From positions 190,280,001-190,344,000 of the forward strand of contig NC_086097.1 in assembly GCF_963921235.1 (NCBI RefSeq): a DNA stretch of 64,000 nucleotides, given 5' to 3'. Shown here one piece after another: positions 61,076 to 64,000 of the stretch. Under the pieces are notes generated by a model. The model was not told the origin of the DNA and searched no databases. It saw nothing but the letters and a program-made list of their open reading frames with translations. How positions within the stretch are numbered: the first letter of the stretch is position 1; every line of letters starts with the position of its first letter. The position numbers and the translations under genes were made by a program. Source of the stretch: Mobula hypostoma (lineage: Eukaryota).

Positions 61076-62144
61076 TTCTATTATAAATATCTTGGTGCCC
61101 AAAGGAAGAAGTCACAGTAAGATTCCTCATTCAGGCATCTCTGGTGTAATTCAATAGTAATATTCCTAAGTCGAGTTATAATATAACAGGATATATTTAG
61201 TTTCCTTCAAAGCAGAGATTTAAGCAGATTTCTGATCAATGTGGTCTGCAGATGGCATTTACTAGTCTATCAATCATAATATAACCAATTTGCATTATGG
61301 AGATATGAATTACTGCCAAACTACCTTGCATTTTCACTGTTGCACCCTTTGAAACAAGGACGATGAAAATTCCTATACATCTCTGTTGTAGGATATGTGT
61401 GCCTTGTACATTCCAAACGTACAAAATGTGCAGACTCCATGAATACACACTAGAGAGAAGATTCTCAAAGCAAGATATGTCCACTTTATTCAAGGAGTTG
61501 TCACAGACTATCTCTCCAGAACTTTCTTTCGACTTCATTGCAATTCAAACAACCATTTGTCATGTAACACAAACTTTAAACAAGTAACTACCTGAAAGGA
61601 ACAATATCTGTTCACAACCAATATTATCATTACCGGGTTTCTTTAAATAAATGTACACATTTAGGATAAATTGATATTTATCAGATTTAACCAAGTTAGT
61701 AATTTACATGTTCTCTTTGAACTTCCCAAAAGTGTTGATGGCTGCTGCACAGAACATAGACTCTCCAGAGTTTGCTAGAAAATGCTCCAACCCTGCATTG
61801 CATGAAACCATCTCATCCAGTTTTTCATCACTACTATTAGAGGATCAGTCAGAGTCGAGAGACCTTTAACCTCACAGTCTTCTTGTTATGCTCCAATGTA
61901 CAGTATGCTAGAAGAACTGGTCTACAGTTATGAATGAACCATAGAGGCCTTAAACTTCATTTCATACTGCAAAAATGCCAGGTCGTTAGGTGGTTCAAAA
62001 GCTGAGCTCTGAAATGTAAGTTACAGGCTATTGATTGCAGTGATTGTTTTTGAGAAAAAGTGTGAGTATTGAAGTAATAGCTGCGTTTGCTGCCAGCAAA
62101 TTGTTGCTGTGTTTCACCAACACCATCCTAAACAGCTATTACGG

Positions 62145-62690
62145 CTATATAGGACCCTGGTCAGACCCCAGTTGGAGTACTGTGCTCAGTTCTGGTCACC
62201 GCACTACAGGATGGATGTGGAAACCATAGTAAGGGTGCGGAGGAGATTTACAAGGATGTTGCCTTGATTGGGGAGCATGCCTTACGAGAATAGGTTGAGT
62301 GAACTTGGCCTTTTCTCCTTGAAGTGACGGAGGATGAGAGGTCCTGATAGAGGTATATAAGATGATGAGAGGCATTGATCGTGCAGATAGTCAGAGGCTT
62401 TTTCCCTGGGCTGAAATGGCTAAACAAGAGGGCACAGTTTTAAGGTGCTTGCAAGTAGGTACAGAGATGTCAGGGGTAAGTTTTCTACACAGAGTGGTGA
62501 GTGCATGGAATGGACTGCCAGCAATGGTAGTGGAGTTGGATACAACAGGGTCTTTTAAGGGACTCCTGGATAGGTACATGGAGTTTAGAAAAATAGAGGG
62601 CTATGGGTAACCTGAGGTAATTTCTAAAGTAAGTACATGTTTAGCACAGCATTGTGGGCTGAAGGGCCTGTATTGTGCTGTAGATTTTCT
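62145..62690 (+). mobile_element. CR1 3' fragment (family B)
   Basis: RPQLEYCAQFWSPH...VVSAWNGLP...DRYMEFRKIEGYG. Confidence 0.9.
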
Positions 62691-63131
62691 AAACCGGGTT
62701 GAATTGTAAAGGCCAGGTATTGGCTGAATCTAGGCAGTGGGTATTGGGCCCAGGAGTAAGGATTTTAGTGTTGGGCCAGATTGAAATGGTCAGGTTTTTG
62801 GGGATTGAGATGAAACATGAGCTGGTGTTCAGCTCACTGCTCCACTAGGTTCATTCATCTTTGCGCTGCTGAACTGAGGTTGTGACCTGCAACTAATGGG
62901 CTCCTGGATTGGCTGTGACTGGCTTTGAGGCTGTAGACTCACTTTTGTGAACTTCAGTTCTGAATGTTATTTGCTTACTTTTAGTGTTTGCACCATTTGT
63001 TATTTTTTTTCTGCACAATGGGTGTTTGATGGTCTTTTTTTAATGGGTTCTATTGGGTTTCTGTTTTGTGGCTGCCTGTAAGGAGACACATCTCAATGTT
63101 GTATATTGCATACGTACTTTGAACTTTGAAC
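62691..63131 (+). mobile_element. Non-autonomous retroposon with (tttgaac)n tail
   Basis: Tail ttgtatattgcatacgtactttgaactttgaac shared with 9600-9658. Confidence 0.6.
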
Positions 63132-63134
63132 TAG

Positions 63135-64000
63135 ACTTCTTCTCCTGACTATCCTGCTGACAAATGTAAAGTCTCTGGAAAATAAAATTGAAATCCTCAG
63201 AGCAAGATTGCTGTACCAGAGGGACATCAGGGAGCAGAGGAACAATTACAGGACTGCTTTGAGTTGGTGGGCTGGATAACATCAAGGAATTCATCTTTGA
63301 GCCCGAATGAATGCCACACAGTTGTCAGTGACTTAATCAAGACCTGTGTGGGTGAGTGAGTGCCTTAGAGGATATACTGGACATACCCAAACTAAAAGCG
63401 AGATGAACCAAGAGATGGCTAGATCTGTGGAATTCAAGATTGGTGATCCAAAGCTATCTAAGACATCCATGTCCAAGCACTGGAAGGCTATTTTAAGGGT
63501 GAGGAAACAGTTCTGATTGAGTCTTGAGATGGAATCAGATGCACATCATCTGTTTGCAGACCATTACTTCCTACAAAGTGAAATCGAACATCATGAATAG
63601 CTGTGATAATTCACTCTCAGGTGAGCTCAATGTCTTTAATGCATGTTTTGAAAGGATGTACAAATAAAACTACACCAGTGCAAATCTCTGGAGCATCTGG
63701 TAACCCTGTGATCTCTGTCTTGAAGGCCAACGTCAGAACATCTTTTAAGAGGATTAACCCTTGAATGGTCAGGCCCTGATGGACTACCTGGTAGGGCTAT
63801 ACCAATCAATTGGCATGAGTGTTTAAGGATTTCTTCAATCACTCACTGCTGCAGTCAAGAGTTTCCCACCTGTTTCAAAAGGGCAACAATCATACCAGTG
63901 GCCAAGAAGAGCAGAGTGAGCTGCCTCAATGACTGTTGCCCAGATGCACTCACATCTACAGTGATGAAGTGCTTTGAGAGGTTGGTCATGGCCAGAATCA
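63135..64000 (+). mobile_element. Decayed Rex1/Babar-like LINE (EN start to RT start; runs off the window end)
   Basis: [51 protein letters not shown]. Confidence 0.85.

Noticed and set aside
61363..61587. 74-aa Cys-containing ORF
   Set aside because: No motif or splice support; length is within chance expectation.
1..64000. Host protein-coding gene, operon or prokaryote-like system
   Set aside because: No ORF resembles a cellular protein. All interpretable peptides are TE-derived, and the remaining short ORFs are antisense or off-frame shadows of repeats or chance ORFs.

Overview
Repeat-dense vertebrate nuclear DNA, most likely from a cartilaginous fish (ray or shark). This is an inference from the V-SINE/HE1-like and Deu-domain SINEs and from the CR1, Rex1/Babar and Penelope-type repeat mix. 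I could not recognise any host protein-coding gene; essentially every meaningful ORF in the track is a transposon remnant. Main content: (i) a decayed Mag-like Gypsy element (~1390-6330); (ii) a two-LTR, minus-strand, SCAN-gag/Gmr1-like Gypsy element with 4-bp TSD, tRNA-Pro PBS and PPT but a heavily deleted pol (36635-41559), plus a related rearranged solo LTR (32493-33547); (iii) many nested CR1 and Rex1/Babar LINE fragments; (iv) Harbinger, Tc1 and mariner DNA-transposon derivatives and old SINEs. Two signals stand out. First, a family of short asymmetric palindromic elements with 11-18 bp target duplications; its youngest copy (34617-34836) is a perfect 84-bp hairpin carrying an intact minimal type-I hammerhead ribozyme on the minus strand (Penelope-type). 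Second, a series of locally templated insertions: exact or near-exact 62-200 bp copies of sequence 0.4-3 kb away, two of them flanked by 9-bp direct repeats. All alignments and counts were done by eye, and boundaries of old repeats are approximate.
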